From contig CAVZZA010000001.1 of assembly GCA_963779615.1 (NCBI GenBank), positions 384,001 to 448,000 on the forward strand: a DNA stretch of 64,000 nt. Reading direction: 5' to 3'. The stretch comes from an uncultured Nitrososphaeraceae archaeon. Its GTDB lineage: Archaea > Thermoproteota > Nitrososphaeria > Nitrososphaerales > Nitrososphaeraceae. Positions 20,650 to 30,895 of this stretch are shown here, in pieces; the stretch's first letter is position 1, and the number at the start of each line of letters is the position of its first letter. The translations under genes and the position numbers were made by a program. Below the pieces are notes generated by a model. It had not been told where the DNA came from and searched no databases. It worked only from the letters and a program-made list of their open reading frames with translations.

Positions 20650-20907
20650 AAGATAGTAGGTTAAACTGTAGGATATTAATTTTTTTTGTAAAATGAGGTT
20701 TTTATGCCAATGAAACTAGCCAAACCCAACCAACCAACCAACCAAACCAGAAGGCAAATCGGACATAGGCTCTTTGTGAGGAACTAGATCATTTGCAATA
20801 AAAAAGCAAAACATCCCCAAACAACCTTTCAATTAAATCATGGAAAACCAATGGGCAATAGCATAAGTTTAAAAAGATATTACAGTGAATCTAGAAATGC
20901 GTCAAAG

Positions 20908-21031
20908 GCCGGGGTACCGAAGCTAGGTAAGCGTCAAAGGCCCTAAAAGGGGTCAGCCTCGAGATCACACAAAAAAAAATAAGACAGCTGATGTCCTCTT
21001 GGACTCGTGGGTTCAAGTCCCACTCCCGGCG
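20908..21031 (+). tRNA. tRNA-Ser(CGA) with a D-arm intron and an anticodon-loop intron
   Basis: Acceptor GCCGGGG/TCCCGGC plus G; anticodon stem TCAGC/GCTGA with CT-CGA; variable arm GTCC-TCTT-GGAC; T arm GTGGG-TTCAAGT-CCCAC. Confidence 0.88.
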
Positions 21032-21182
21032 CCCTACTTGTGAATTCTTTCACTAATCTTAAATATTCAGACGAATTACGTTATAATGTCTGGATTGGTA
21101 TCTACTGAAGAAAATTGCAATTAGCTAATAGGTTTACAATTTCTAAAATAGCAATAAATATGATTTATATCCATTTTTTGTA

Positions 21183-21911
21183 ATGATAGACAAGAAATTA
21201 TCGCTTATTACCATTCATGATGTAAACCCCTCATGCGCCGAAAAATTGCAAATAATAACAGATGAACTCAACAAGTTAAATGTAAAATACAATCTAAGTA
21301 TTGTTCCGAATTACAATAAAAAGCATAATTTGAAGGATAACCCTGCTTTTTGTAATCAAATATCTACGTTACTACAATCAGATAATATAGAACTCACTTT
21401 ACATGGGCTATACCATCAAATAGATGGAAAAATGGAAGATTTTGATTCCCAATCAAAAGAGGAAGAAATAAAAGATATAAAACAAGGTTTAGATATCCTA
21501 TCTTCAGTAAAGCTGCCAACACCTTCAACATTTATACCACCAGCATGGTATTTGAGCCGCCAAGCTATAGAAGCACTAAAGGATTATGAATTTGATATAG
21601 CAGAGGCAAGGTCGGATTTAGAATTCATAAAGAGGGGCAAGAAGTATATAATTTCCCCGGTTATGAATTGGGACCAACAGGGAGACAAAGAAAAAAACAA
21701 AAAAATATTGGATCCGAATAAAAAAGAGTTTTACACTCATTTGTTTAATATTGGTGGAGAGTCATATGGACTGTTTAGGATGGCCATTCATCCTCCGTAT
21801 GATCCTGACGGTGCATTAGCAGATCAGATTGAAATGATAAAATATCTAAAAGAAAAAGAAGGCTATAATTTTGTTAACTATTCTGACTTAGTTCAAATAG
21901 AGGAATCCTGA
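21183..21911 (+). CDS. DUF2334 / polysaccharide deacetylase-like protein
   Basis: IHDVNP, LHGLYH, FIPPAW, RMAIHP. Confidence 0.85.
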   Translation: MIDKKLSLITIHDVNPSCAEKLQIITDELNKLNVKYNLSIVPNYNKKHNLKDNPAFCNQISTLLQSDNIELTLHGLYHQIDGKMEDFDSQSKEEEIKDIKQGLDILSSVKLPTPSTFIPPAWYLSRQAIEALKDYEFDIAEARSDLEFIKRGKKYIISPVMNWDQQGDKEKNKKILDPNKKEFYTHLFNIGGESYGLFRMAIHPPYDPDGALADQIEMIKYLKEKEGYNFVNYSDLVQIEES

Positions 21912-21970
21912 CTACTTAAAGCCCTGTATTGTCAAAATTAATATTCTATATCCATATATCCCCTTAGTAT

Positions 21971-22411
21971 TTGGTAACCATACGTGAAATAGAAAATGAG
22001 GATATAGATAGAGGGTTTTTGGAGGTCCTAGATAATTTACTTTCTCCGGACATTGATAATAAAACTGCTAAAAACATATTAAAAGAAATAAAATCAAATC
22101 CATTGCATAAAACATTCATTGCAAAAGATGATGTAACCGATAAAATAGTAGGAACAACAACATTGCTTGTAGAGCCTAAATTTATCAATAAAGGTATGAT
22201 AGTAGGATATATCGAAGATGTGTCGATAAATAAGGACTATGAAGGATTAGGAATTGGACGGCAAATTGTGGATCATGTAACTAATTACGCCAAAACAATA
22301 CAACAATGCAAAAAAGTAATACTATACTGTTCAGAAAAGAATAAGCCATTCTATGAAAAGTTGGGCTACAAGTCAGCTAATGATACATTTGTTATGACGT
22401 TAGAATTTTAA
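21971..22411 (+). CDS. GNAT acetyltransferase, glucosamine-6-phosphate N-acetyltransferase (Gna1)-like
   Basis: EPKFI, GYIEDVSI, GLGIG, KVILYCSEKNKPFYEKLGY. Confidence 0.85.
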   Translation: MVTIREIENEDIDRGFLEVLDNLLSPDIDNKTAKNILKEIKSNPLHKTFIAKDDVTDKIVGTTTLLVEPKFINKGMIVGYIEDVSINKDYEGLGIGRQIVDHVTNYAKTIQQCKKVILYCSEKNKPFYEKLGYKSANDTFVMTLEF

Positions 22412-22822
22412 TCTATTTTGGCATACCCTAGACAAAAGAAAATAAAACATCCTTCAATAACATAGTTATTAGAATAAATTAAGTTTTTACTTAAACTAAT
22501 AATGATCTCAAATATTGATTGGAATTGCTTAAACCTATCCAATAAGAATGCCCTATTTTTGGACTACATTCGGTTCAAGTATTATATAATAATTGAATTC
22601 CAATTTATCCCCTATTATTAAAAATTTGCAATATATGTCAACCTATTGTATGTTCTCAACCAAGTTTCAATGTTATCAATTGTTTTCAATCTGTTGTATC
22701 ACTCCCATCAACCTCCAAGCATTAATCAATTAGCCATATAATCAACTTTTTTGATTTTTTCATTTTTTAAAAAGCAATACGATTTATCTCCTCATCTAAT
22801 GACGTACTAAAATATAATAGGA

Positions 22823-23884
22823 ATGATAACGAGATATGTCCTTATGAGTATCAATAATATCAATAATTATTTATTTCAAAATCAAACTATTATCAATCTT
22901 TACGAATCAGGCATTCCGTCAGATGTTATTGCCTCTCAGCTAGATATAAACACAGTGGATGTTATGGATACACTCACAAATAGACAGAAGGACATCAAAA
23001 GAAAGGAAAAATCAGTTATGGATGCATCCTTAACACCAAAAATAGGAATGATGTATTTAGACTCAGTTTTTGATGTGGAGTCTGCGATAAAGGAAACCCA
23101 AAAAAGAATATGGAGGGAATTAAAAGTGGAGCCAAAGTTCAGCATACCTTTAGAAAGCTCCAATGGACTGCTCGAGAAATTTGTGAATACCAATGTAGAC
23201 CTTGTAATTCTATATGTTGATTTGGTAAGTTCTACAAAGCTTTCTATGAATTTGCCCTTGAAGAGATTGGCTCCAATAATACAAGCGTTTACCCAAGAAA
23301 TGTCTATTATTGTAGACGCATACGGGGGTTATGTCCTTAAATATGTAGGAGATGCGGTAATAGCTTTCTTTTTCACAGAAAAGGATAATTTGCATTTGCC
23401 CTGTATTAATGCAGTTAATTGCGGGTATTCCATGGTAAAGATCATAAATGAAGGCATAAACCCTATTTTGGAAGAATACGGCTATCCCGAATTAGGCATA
23501 AGAGTTGGCATTGATGTGGGTGAAAATGCAGTAGTTCAATATGAGTTCAAAACAAAGACATATGATATTGCTGAAGAACAGAATCTAAAGGAAAATGCAT
23601 TGAATAATGACCGTAACAAAAAATATAATACAAATACATTGCAGGAGCCGCATTTGGATGTTTTAGGATATACAATTAATATTGCGACAAAAATGACATC
23701 GTTTGCAAGTCCAAATCAAATCATTATCGGAGAAGCGGTATACGATAAATTAGATGGTAAAAAGCAAAATCGATTCAATAAATTACACATCGATAACAAA
23801 TCATGGAATTTCCTAGATACTACTACTGGAAATATTTATGGCGTATATGGTAATTCAGTGCAATTTCCAAATGTATACGAATGA
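22823..23884 (+). CDS. class III adenylate/guanylate cyclase domain protein
   Basis: LYVDLVSST, KYVGDAVIAFF, IRVGID-G, DVLGYTINIATKM. Confidence 0.92.
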   Translation: MITRYVLMSINNINNYLFQNQTIINLYESGIPSDVIASQLDINTVDVMDTLTNRQKDIKRKEKSVMDASLTPKIGMMYLDSVFDVESAIKETQKRIWRELKVEPKFSIPLESSNGLLEKFVNTNVDLVILYVDLVSSTKLSMNLPLKRLAPIIQAFTQEMSIIVDAYGGYVLKYVGDAVIAFFFTEKDNLHLPCINAVNCGYSMVKIINEGINPILEEYGYPELGIRVGIDVGENAVVQYEFKTKTYDIAEEQNLKENALNNDRNKKYNTNTLQEPHLDVLGYTINIATKMTSFASPNQIIIGEAVYDKLDGKKQNRFNKLHIDNKSWNFLDTTTGNIYGVYGNSVQFPNVYE

Positions 23885-24664
23885 TAACCATATCCATGCT
23901 ATAAAATTTACTCAATCTAATGGAATATCCGGATTCCCAAATGAATAGAAAAAGAAGTAAAGTTCCTCATAATATTTGGCATTTAATGTATTTAGGCATT
24001 TATTGAATAAATCCAAATACATTTCATAAAATATGGGCTGAAGACTATATAATTCAGATCATTAGGGCATTTATTGCAACCATTGATAAATTATTCAATT
24101 ATTTGCATAACCAGTAAATATTTTGGATTTTATAAGGTAATCGGGCAACGACAAATCTGAACAAAAGCCTTACTCACGTTAATTTTTAAATGTAATGTAG
24201 AATTATGTCAAATAACCTTCTTAGTCATGCAGATAAACTTACTAGTTTAGGTTTCCATTCATTGTTCAATCACATCCCACTCGGTCCACTTATGGTACTA
24301 ATATACGTTCACAAGAATAATGATATATCAACAATGCCTTACAACTCAATGGAATTAGATCTCTTTACTGGTTTCAAATGCCATAAGGTCCACTCAAACG
24401 AAACAGAGACATTAAGAAGATTGGTGATATTTTTTGATTTTATTGCTACCACAAGTTAATCTAAATGAAGGATGTAAAATTTTTATAAAAGACAGCCAAG
24501 AGAATGCAATTTATCCATTGTACACTACTTTTCAATTGTATATATCAAAAAGAAAGACTAGAAGGATCCAATTAGAGAATCAAGGTTAAATCCTGTATTT
24601 ATTGGATAACTGCATTAATGACTATACCAATATGATAATTGAGAACTAGGTGAATATATTTTCA

Positions 24665-24700
24665 TAAATCCTTGAATGCAAATATATGGTTCAAATCCTA
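24665..24700 (+). repeat. tRNA T-arm-like att repeat, copy A
   Basis: TAAA-TCCTTGAATGCAAATATATGG-TTCAAATCC; aligns without gaps to copy B. Confidence 0.7.
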
Positions 24701-24732
24701 TTCTCTCTTTTTATGTTAATAGGTATAATAGA

Positions 24733-24777
24733 CGAATATGCGAGTATACTATATGGATTCAAGTCCTAATCTTCGTC
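24733..24777 (+). repeat. tRNA T-arm-like att repeat, copy D
   Basis: CGAA-TATGCGAGTATACTATATGGA-TTCAAGTCC...CTTCGTC; tail shared with copy E. Confidence 0.65.
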
Positions 24778-24900
24778 CATAGTTTGATTATCTAAAAACA
24801 AGTTTGGAGCATTAGTTACCATACACATTAACAATCATTATAATCACGACAAAGATGATAGAATTAGAATGGGATGAAATGGTATTTAGATTTTCTTTTT

Positions 24901-25098
24901 CTATTTCATATCCACGCCTATAATTCCCCCGTTTCCCCAATTCTCTTTGGAAATCTCATAGATCAAGATTCTTACCTTTTCCTCTTGTGTTTGCATAATC
25001 CTAGCGGTCTCTCTTGTCAACGCCTTGATCAACTCTCTCTTCTGCTCTACAGATCTTCCTTGGCTTATAGTAATTTCAATTACAGGCATTTTTATCAT
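24901..25098 (-). CDS. 4-oxalocrotonate tautomerase family protein
   Basis: (M)PVIEI, GRSVEQKRELI, ENWG-GG; catalytic Pro1 if started at the internal ATG. Confidence 0.93.
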   Translation of the reverse strand: MIKMPVIEITISQGRSVEQKRELIKALTRETARIMQTQEEKVRILIYEISKENWGNGGIIGVDMK

Positions 25099-25128
25099 TT
25101 ATTTTAAAATTATTTATTATTATATTAT

Positions 25129-25166
25129 CCCCTGTTTTTACAACAGGGGTTCAGGCCCTGCTCCCT
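25129..25166 (+). repeat. tRNA T-arm-like att repeat, copy H (hairpin subtype)
   Basis: CCCCTGTT-TTTAC-AACAGGGG-TTCAGGCCC; homologous to copy I. Confidence 0.6.
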
Positions 25167-25224
25167 AAGAATATTTTAAATGACTAGACTAACACGATAA
25201 TTGAAAATTAAATAACATACTTCA

Positions 25225-25267
25225 TAAACCCGTGAATGCAAGTAGAAGGTTCAAATCCCATGCCTCC
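25225..25267 (+). repeat. tRNA T-arm-like att repeat, copy B
   Basis: TAAA-CCCGTGAATGCAAGTAGAAGG-TTCAAATCCCA. Confidence 0.7.
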
Positions 25268-25395
25268 ATTGTGTACCCTATATTTACATAACAGGAAAAC
25301 AAGAGAGGTTATGACAATCAAGTATGGCAATTCATGCCCACTAAACTATGAACTACTACTTTATTTAAATAATATTTTTATTTGATTTATTTCAG

Positions 25396-26421
25396 ATGCA
25401 AGTAGGAATTGACAGTTTTGCGGCTTTTCATAATGATACCAAGAAATCAGTAAGCTCATCCGAACGCTTGCAAAGATTGGTTGAACAAATTGAACGGGCC
25501 GATCAAATTGGATTGGACGTATTTGGAGTAGGCGAGCATCACCGTCAGGGATTCCTTGATTCTGCTCCAGCCGTCATCCTGGGAGCGGCGGCAGCACGAA
25601 CTAAACGCATACGCCTCACCAGTGCAGTAACGGTATTGAGTGCAGCCGATCCAGTAAGGGTGTTCCAAGAATTCGCAACTTTGGATCTCCTGTCTCAAGG
25701 TAGGGCGGAGATGGTAGTGGGTCGCGGCTCATTCATAGAGGCATTCCCATTGTTTGGCCTGAGGTTGGATGACTACGACTCCCTTTTTTCAGAGAAGATA
25801 GATTTGCTCTTAAAGGTTCGTGACAATGAGCATGTCCATTGGTCCGGCAAATATCGACCTCCTCTAACTGGACAGGGAATCTATCCAAGGCCGATGCAGG
25901 AGCCTCTGCCGATATGGATAGGCGTGGGTGGAACTCCGGAATCTTTTGTTAGGGCTGGCTTACTAGGGTTACCACTGATGGTCGCAATTATCGGCGGCGA
26001 AACTCGCAGTTTCAAACCATTAATAGATCTCTACAGAGAGGCAGGAAAAAGGGCCGGCCATTTACCACATAAGCTGAAGGTTGGGATACATTCACTTGGA
26101 TATGTAGCAGGGAGCACTCAAAAGGCGGTTGATGACTTTTTTCCAGGCTATGCACGCAGCATGAACGAAATCGGAAAGGAACGCGGCTGGCCTCCGATAA
26201 CCCGTATGGATTTTGAAGCCCAGCGGGGTCCCAACGGCGCGCTACTCATAGGCAATCCGGAAGAAGTTACAGAGAAAATCATCAGACACAGTCAAGGCCT
26301 CGGTGGTATATCTCGCATTACTTTCATGATGAACCCCGCATCGTTACCTCACGAAAAGCTCATGCAAGCTACGGAATTAATAGGTTCACGCGTAGTTCCT
26401 GTCCTACATGAACTCGGTTAA
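25396..26421 (+). CDS. LLM-class (luciferase-like) flavin-dependent oxidoreductase
   Basis: GVGEHH, RLTSAVTVLSAADPVRV, GRGSFIEAFPLFG, GVGGTPES. Confidence 0.95.
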   Translation: MQVGIDSFAAFHNDTKKSVSSSERLQRLVEQIERADQIGLDVFGVGEHHRQGFLDSAPAVILGAAAARTKRIRLTSAVTVLSAADPVRVFQEFATLDLLSQGRAEMVVGRGSFIEAFPLFGLRLDDYDSLFSEKIDLLLKVRDNEHVHWSGKYRPPLTGQGIYPRPMQEPLPIWIGVGGTPESFVRAGLLGLPLMVAIIGGETRSFKPLIDLYREAGKRAGHLPHKLKVGIHSLGYVAGSTQKAVDDFFPGYARSMNEIGKERGWPPITRMDFEAQRGPNGALLIGNPEEVTEKIIRHSQGLGGISRITFMMNPASLPHEKLMQATELIGSRVVPVLHELG

Positions 26422-26530
26422 ATCGATCGAAAGCATAGTTTTCGACGCGACAATAAAATTTCGAAGCGTACATTTAATATTTGAAACAGCCATTTAATTC
26501 GTCTTTTTATTTGTATTGGTATACATATAT

Positions 26531-26566
26531 CAAACCCGTGAATAAAAGATGGTTCAAATCCCACCC
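26531..26566 (+). repeat. tRNA T-arm-like att repeat, copy C
   Basis: CAAA-CCCGTGAATAAAAGATGG-TTCAAATCCCAC; 3 nt shorter than copy B. Confidence 0.7.
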
Positions 26567-26884
26567 TATTCCACCTGTAACTCTATTACCAGATTATTGG
26601 TTGATTGAATTCCATTCAAATGAGAAGGTTTGTATAAATCTGTTTGATGCAATCATGGAAAATTTTAATGTACGACTCCATGATTATACAGTATGGAGTC
26701 CCAACCTTCAGCATCATTAAGCTGAAAGATCTATATGCCTAAAGCTCCATGTCTTTTAAACATATGAGTTGCATTTTTAATAATCGATACCATTTTATCG
26801 CGATTCTTTTTTGGTAACCGGTGTATTGTTATTAAATTATGTTTTCTATTTGTAAGTTCTTCTTCTGGCAGAGTTAAATTTAGA

Positions 26885-27349
26885 TCACTCATTACTTCCA
26901 TTTACCTCCGTCTTAATAAAATTCTCAAGTCTTTTGACATACCAATCCCAGCCCTCATTGTGCTCATCATATTGCAACCGATCCGCATTTGTAAACCCGC
27001 TATGGGTTAAAGTTAATTTCGTTTTATCCCTCTCTAGTTGATAAAGCTTCCAGGTAACAATAGTGTCTTTACTGTAATCAGGTTTTGTTGTAAATTTCCA
27101 AGTGTAAGATAGCTCTTTATTTGGGATGATACTAATAATTGTTCCAACAACATCATGATCTTTTTTTTCTTTTGTAACTTCCTTTGAAAACCTAAAAAAT
27201 ATTTTTCCTCCAACTCGTGGTTCTACGGTTGCTATGTTGGGGAACCACTGAGCCAGCCGCTCAGGGTTAATTAGAGCTGAATACACTTTGTCCACCGATG
27301 CATTTATTACTATTTCTTTTTTGATTGTGTCATAATCTGTATCATTCAT
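26885..27349 (-). CDS. SRPBCC/AHSA1-like protein
   Basis: INASVDKVYSAL-PERLAQWF, TKLTLTHSGF, GWDWY. Confidence 0.92.
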   Translation of the reverse strand: MNDTDYDTIKKEIVINASVDKVYSALINPERLAQWFPNIATVEPRVGGKIFFRFSKEVTKEKKDHDVVGTIISIIPNKELSYTWKFTTKPDYSKDTIVTWKLYQLERDKTKLTLTHSGFTNADRLQYDEHNEGWDWYVKRLENFIKTEVNGSNE

Positions 27350-27672
27350 CCCTTTTCCTTTTCCTTTTCCTTATTACTTGTATTCTCTACAAACTCTTTA
27401 AGATTTTCGAGACTATGCCCCCACATTTTATCAAAAAAATCCTTTATTTCTATAGTTGTTTTAGGGTTAATTGAATACCTTTTTTTCTGTCCCTCTCTGG
27501 TTTCCTTTATCAGGTCTGCATCCTTTAAAATCCTTAAATTGGTAGATACAGCAGCCAACGTTGTATCAAAATGCTTGGCTATCTCTGAAGGATACATTTC
27601 GTGTTCCCTTAGTAGCAATAAAATTCGCCTTCTATTATCTTCAGCTAGCGCTTTCCAAAGCGAACCTGTCAT
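27346..27672 (-). CDS. ArsR/SmtB family transcriptional regulator
   Basis: KALAEDNRRRILLLL, VSTNLRILKDADLI; 4-bp overlap with the SRPBCC gene. Confidence 0.93.
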   Translation of the reverse strand: MTGSLWKALAEDNRRRILLLLREHEMYPSEIAKHFDTTLAAVSTNLRILKDADLIKETREGQKKRYSINPKTTIEIKDFFDKMWGHSLENLKEFVENTSNKEKEKEKG

Positions 27673-27697
27673 TATAATAATAAAATAGTTGTATAGT

Positions 27698-27715
27698 TAT
27701 TTAAATATTTAAATA
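27698..27715. promoter_or_regulatory. 18-bp perfect palindrome, candidate ArsR operator / divergent TATA region
   Basis: TATTTAAATATTTAAATA in the 65-bp gap between the divergent ArsR and DUF899 genes. Confidence 0.5.
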
Positions 27716-27737
27716 TAATCGATTCTATCTTATCCCA

Positions 27738-28496
27738 ATGTCTATAGAAGAGCAAAAAGAAAGAAATGAAAATGACGAAAGGAATGTCTTTGATAATCAT
27801 AAAATTGTTTCGCAAAGTGAATGGATGGAAGCTCGCAAAGATCTATTAACAAAAGAAAAAGAATTTACCATTCTACGTGATCAACTTAATCAAAAGATAC
27901 GAGACCTGCCATGGGTCCAAGTTGATAAAGAGTATGTATTTGATGGACCCACCGGAAAACAAACTTTGTCAGAACTTTTTGATGGCAGAAGTCAATTAAT
28001 TGTATATCATTTTATGTATGGTCCTAGTTGGGATGCAGGATGCCCATCATGTTCCTTTTGGGCAGATAACTTTAACGGAATAGGTATGCATTTGAACCAA
28101 AGAGACGTTACTATGATAGTCGTGTCCAGAGCACCCTATAACAAGATAGATGCATACAAGAAACGCATGGGTTGGAAGTTTAAGTGGGTTTCTTCTTACG
28201 ACTCTGACTTCAATTTCGACTACCATGTATCTTTCACACAGGAAGAGTTAGATAAGAAGGAAGCCTTCTACAACTATATTGCACAAGACACACAAAGTCC
28301 AGAGAAGGAGGGAGTCAGCGTATTTTTCAAAGACCATGAAGGTCGTGTGTTTCACACCTATTCAACATATGCGCGCGGCATCGACATGTTGAATGTGGCA
28401 TATAACTACCTTGACCTAGTTCCCAAGGGACGAGATGAGGCAAATAACGAATTTCGCCAATATTGGGTTCGCCGTCATGATGAATATGGCAAATAA
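27738..28496 (+). CDS. DUF899 family thioredoxin-like protein
   Basis: LFDGRSQLIVYHFM, GCPSCSF, HTYSTYARG, PKGRDE, WVRRHDEY. Confidence 0.95.
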   Translation: MSIEEQKERNENDERNVFDNHKIVSQSEWMEARKDLLTKEKEFTILRDQLNQKIRDLPWVQVDKEYVFDGPTGKQTLSELFDGRSQLIVYHFMYGPSWDAGCPSCSFWADNFNGIGMHLNQRDVTMIVVSRAPYNKIDAYKKRMGWKFKWVSSYDSDFNFDYHVSFTQEELDKKEAFYNYIAQDTQSPEKEGVSVFFKDHEGRVFHTYSTYARGIDMLNVAYNYLDLVPKGRDEANNEFRQYWVRRHDEYGK

Positions 28497-28808
28497 CCGC
28501 TATCCATCAATTCTCTCAAACGATATCTTCATTTAATTTTTACTTTTGTATAATTATAATTGACTTTCCTTTCCTAATGCGGACAACCTAATTCTAAAAG
28601 GTTTGTTCTAATGAGAAAGACATCGAGAGATTTTGATACTTTGTCAAACGAAACCACTTTTTAGTATAGGGTATAGATAAGAAATAGATTCAGAAATACA
28701 GGTCCAATATACCATAAGAAGAAAAAGAATTTCCAGGTATTATGTTGACTAAAAATCAAACCTTGTAGTCATTATTTTCTCCCTGATCATATCCTTTTTC
28801 ATCTTAGC

Positions 28809-29158
28809 AAGCATATCAACTGCTCCTTTGGCATTATTGTAAAAGTTATGATGTTTGGAAAAAGATTTGAAATTAATGTGTCAAATTTAGGTTTCAAGTA
28901 ACTGGCCCATTGGATTTTAGATAAAATTATTTTATATTATATTTACAAACCAGCAAATTTCGTGTAATTAAAAAAAGATTTTATTTAGAAGCATATCAAC
29001 TGCTCCTTTGGCATTATTGTAAAAGTTATGATGTTTGGAAAAACATTTGAAATTAATGTGTCAAATTTATGTTTCAAGTAACGGGCCCATTGAATTTTAG
29101 ATAAAACTATTTTATATTATATTTACAAACCAACAAAATTTCGTGTAATTAAAAAAAG
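28809..29158. repeat. tandem direct duplication of about 170 bp (180-bp period)
   Basis: AAGCATATCAACTGCTCC...CGTGTAATTAAAAAAAG at 28809-28977 and 28989-29158, with few substitutions. Confidence 0.95.
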
Positions 29159-29217
29159 GAGTGAAAAATTATTTTGGGATTCATCCTTATTTATTATTTA
29201 ATCCACATTACCTTTCG

Positions 29218-30107
29218 TTATACCCTGTTGGTATTTTTGTAGGTTTGGGTTTCCCCCTCTCCTATGGTACCTGCGGCGGTATGCGGACCCACTTGACTGC
29301 AGCCACCTTCAAATCCATCAGCAACGAATGTGACTCCTGAGGCAAATTCACTTAGGCCATAGTCTCCGCCCTTAATGTAACGGTGGACAATTCTCGTCAC
29401 CTAGGAATGTGTTGGGATCAGCACTGGAAGCAGGAAAAACTAAAAATGTAAAGTCCGAAGGCTGCACATTGCTCCCCGTTGGGTCGACTACCTCCTTGCA
29501 AACGTTTAAGGTTGCTATTGATTCTGGCTTGATGGTGTTGACAATGGTAATGTGGGTTTCCCCTTCTGATATGTTGCCGATGAAGGTTACCCTTGTAGAA
29601 ATACTGCAGTCACCTGATATACTTAGTAAAATTTATGCCTGCTGAGCCTGTTTCGGAAAACTCATATTGACTTGAGGCTGCCGTGACTGCATCACAATTC
29701 TCGTCACCTAGGAATGTGTTGGGATTTGCAAGTGTGCTAAGAGTGAACTTAAAGTCCGAAGGCTGCAAATTTCTCCCTGTTGGGTCGACTACCACTTTGC
29801 AAACGTTCAAGTTCGTTGTTGTTGTTGTTAGTTTAGTTTCATTGCCCGTCTCGGGGGATGAAGCAGCAGACGTTACGGTGTTGGTGCTCTGATCGTTAAA
29901 TCCATTTACCGAGTTATCGTTTCCCTGGACAAGGGGTCCCTCATTCGATTGTCGGCATTCCTCGGATGTGTTACAAAGGTTACCCTGGCTTGAATGCAAA
30001 TCAGAATATGATTGCATGACAGTGATGCTTGTTCCTGCAAATAATAATGATATTACTGCAAATATCATGAGTAAATAATTTAAATTACGCATATAACAAA
30101 ATACCAA
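29218..30107 (-). pseudogene. secreted protein with two internal beta-rich repeats, frameshifted
   Basis: Signal peptide; repeat LNVCK-VVDPTG-N-QPSDF-F...PNTFLGDENC occurs twice (about 29695-29810 and 29388-29510); frame broken near 29610 and 29390. Confidence 0.75.
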
Positions 30108-30396
30108 AATATGTCATAATATATTTGAGGTAAGTAGATTACTATGTCAATTTTTTTAGGAGTTTATCAAACTGAAAAGAATTGCATACTAAAATGATAT
30201 GGATCTAATATCAAATATTTGATATGTAGTTTAACTATGTTTTAACGATGTGATTGTTTCACCATTTTAATGTATAGTGATTAAAGGGATTATCATATTT
30301 ACAGAAACCCTCTAACAAAGCTTCAATCTGATATCCTTCACAATTATCTTGTTATCAACATAATGGTGAGATTTAGTATAATAATTTTTTTATATA

Positions 30397-30440
30397 TGAA
30401 TCGGTGAGTATAGGGTATGGCTTCAAGTCCCACTCCTGGC
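30397..30440 (+). repeat. attR-like copy of the tRNA-Ser(CGA) 3' end, copy F
   Basis: TGGCTTCAAGTCCCACTCCTGGC matches tRNA 21008-21030 at 21/23 nt; preceded by mirror arm TGAATCGGTGAGT. Confidence 0.85.
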
Positions 30441-30463
30441 CTCAAAGATGTGTTCTTCCCATA

Positions 30464-30840
30464 TTGTTAAATACCCAAAAGGCGAAAACTGCAATAGTTG
30501 AATCTTCATAACATTTCCAACACTCTTCAATATGAGACTGTACCTGAAACAAATCACACAGATTTGAAAGGAAAATAGATTCCATAACAAAAACTATACC
30601 AAAACCTTATTTTAAAAAACACCAATAAAACTTTTAGAGAATATCCCAACCAACACCAAAATAATTTATGAGTATATTATTGCAGAACAAACCGAATTAA
30701 GTATCAAGGATTCTACTAAGGTAGGCAAGACAAAGATATTAGTTTGGCTTTCAAATTTTCATGAAAATAGTCCTTTAAAGAAGTGACCAAGCAGGAATAA
30801 TTGAATATTTCAACAATTTGCGAAAATCAAATGAAGAATC
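30464..30840 (+). pseudogene. tyrosine integrase N-terminal remnant
   Basis: Fragments RKIDSITKTIPKPYF, YEYIIAEQTELSIKDSTKVGKTKILVWLSNFH, EYFNNLRK with stops; family recognised from memory; homologous to 42598-42833. Confidence 0.65.
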
Positions 30841-30895
30841 CCCTGCAATATAAAAATATTAATAAATTCTTTAGGCCTCAAACCAAAAGATACCA

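Noticed and set aside
20720-20750. CCAA microsatellite
   Set aside because: Short simple repeat with no evidence of function.
22540-24595. Additional weak T-loop-like strings (TTGGACTACATTCGGTTCAAGT near 22559; AAGGTTAAATCC near 24582)
   Set aside because: They lack the 3' stem or the correct spacing, so they were not counted as copies, though they may be older relics.
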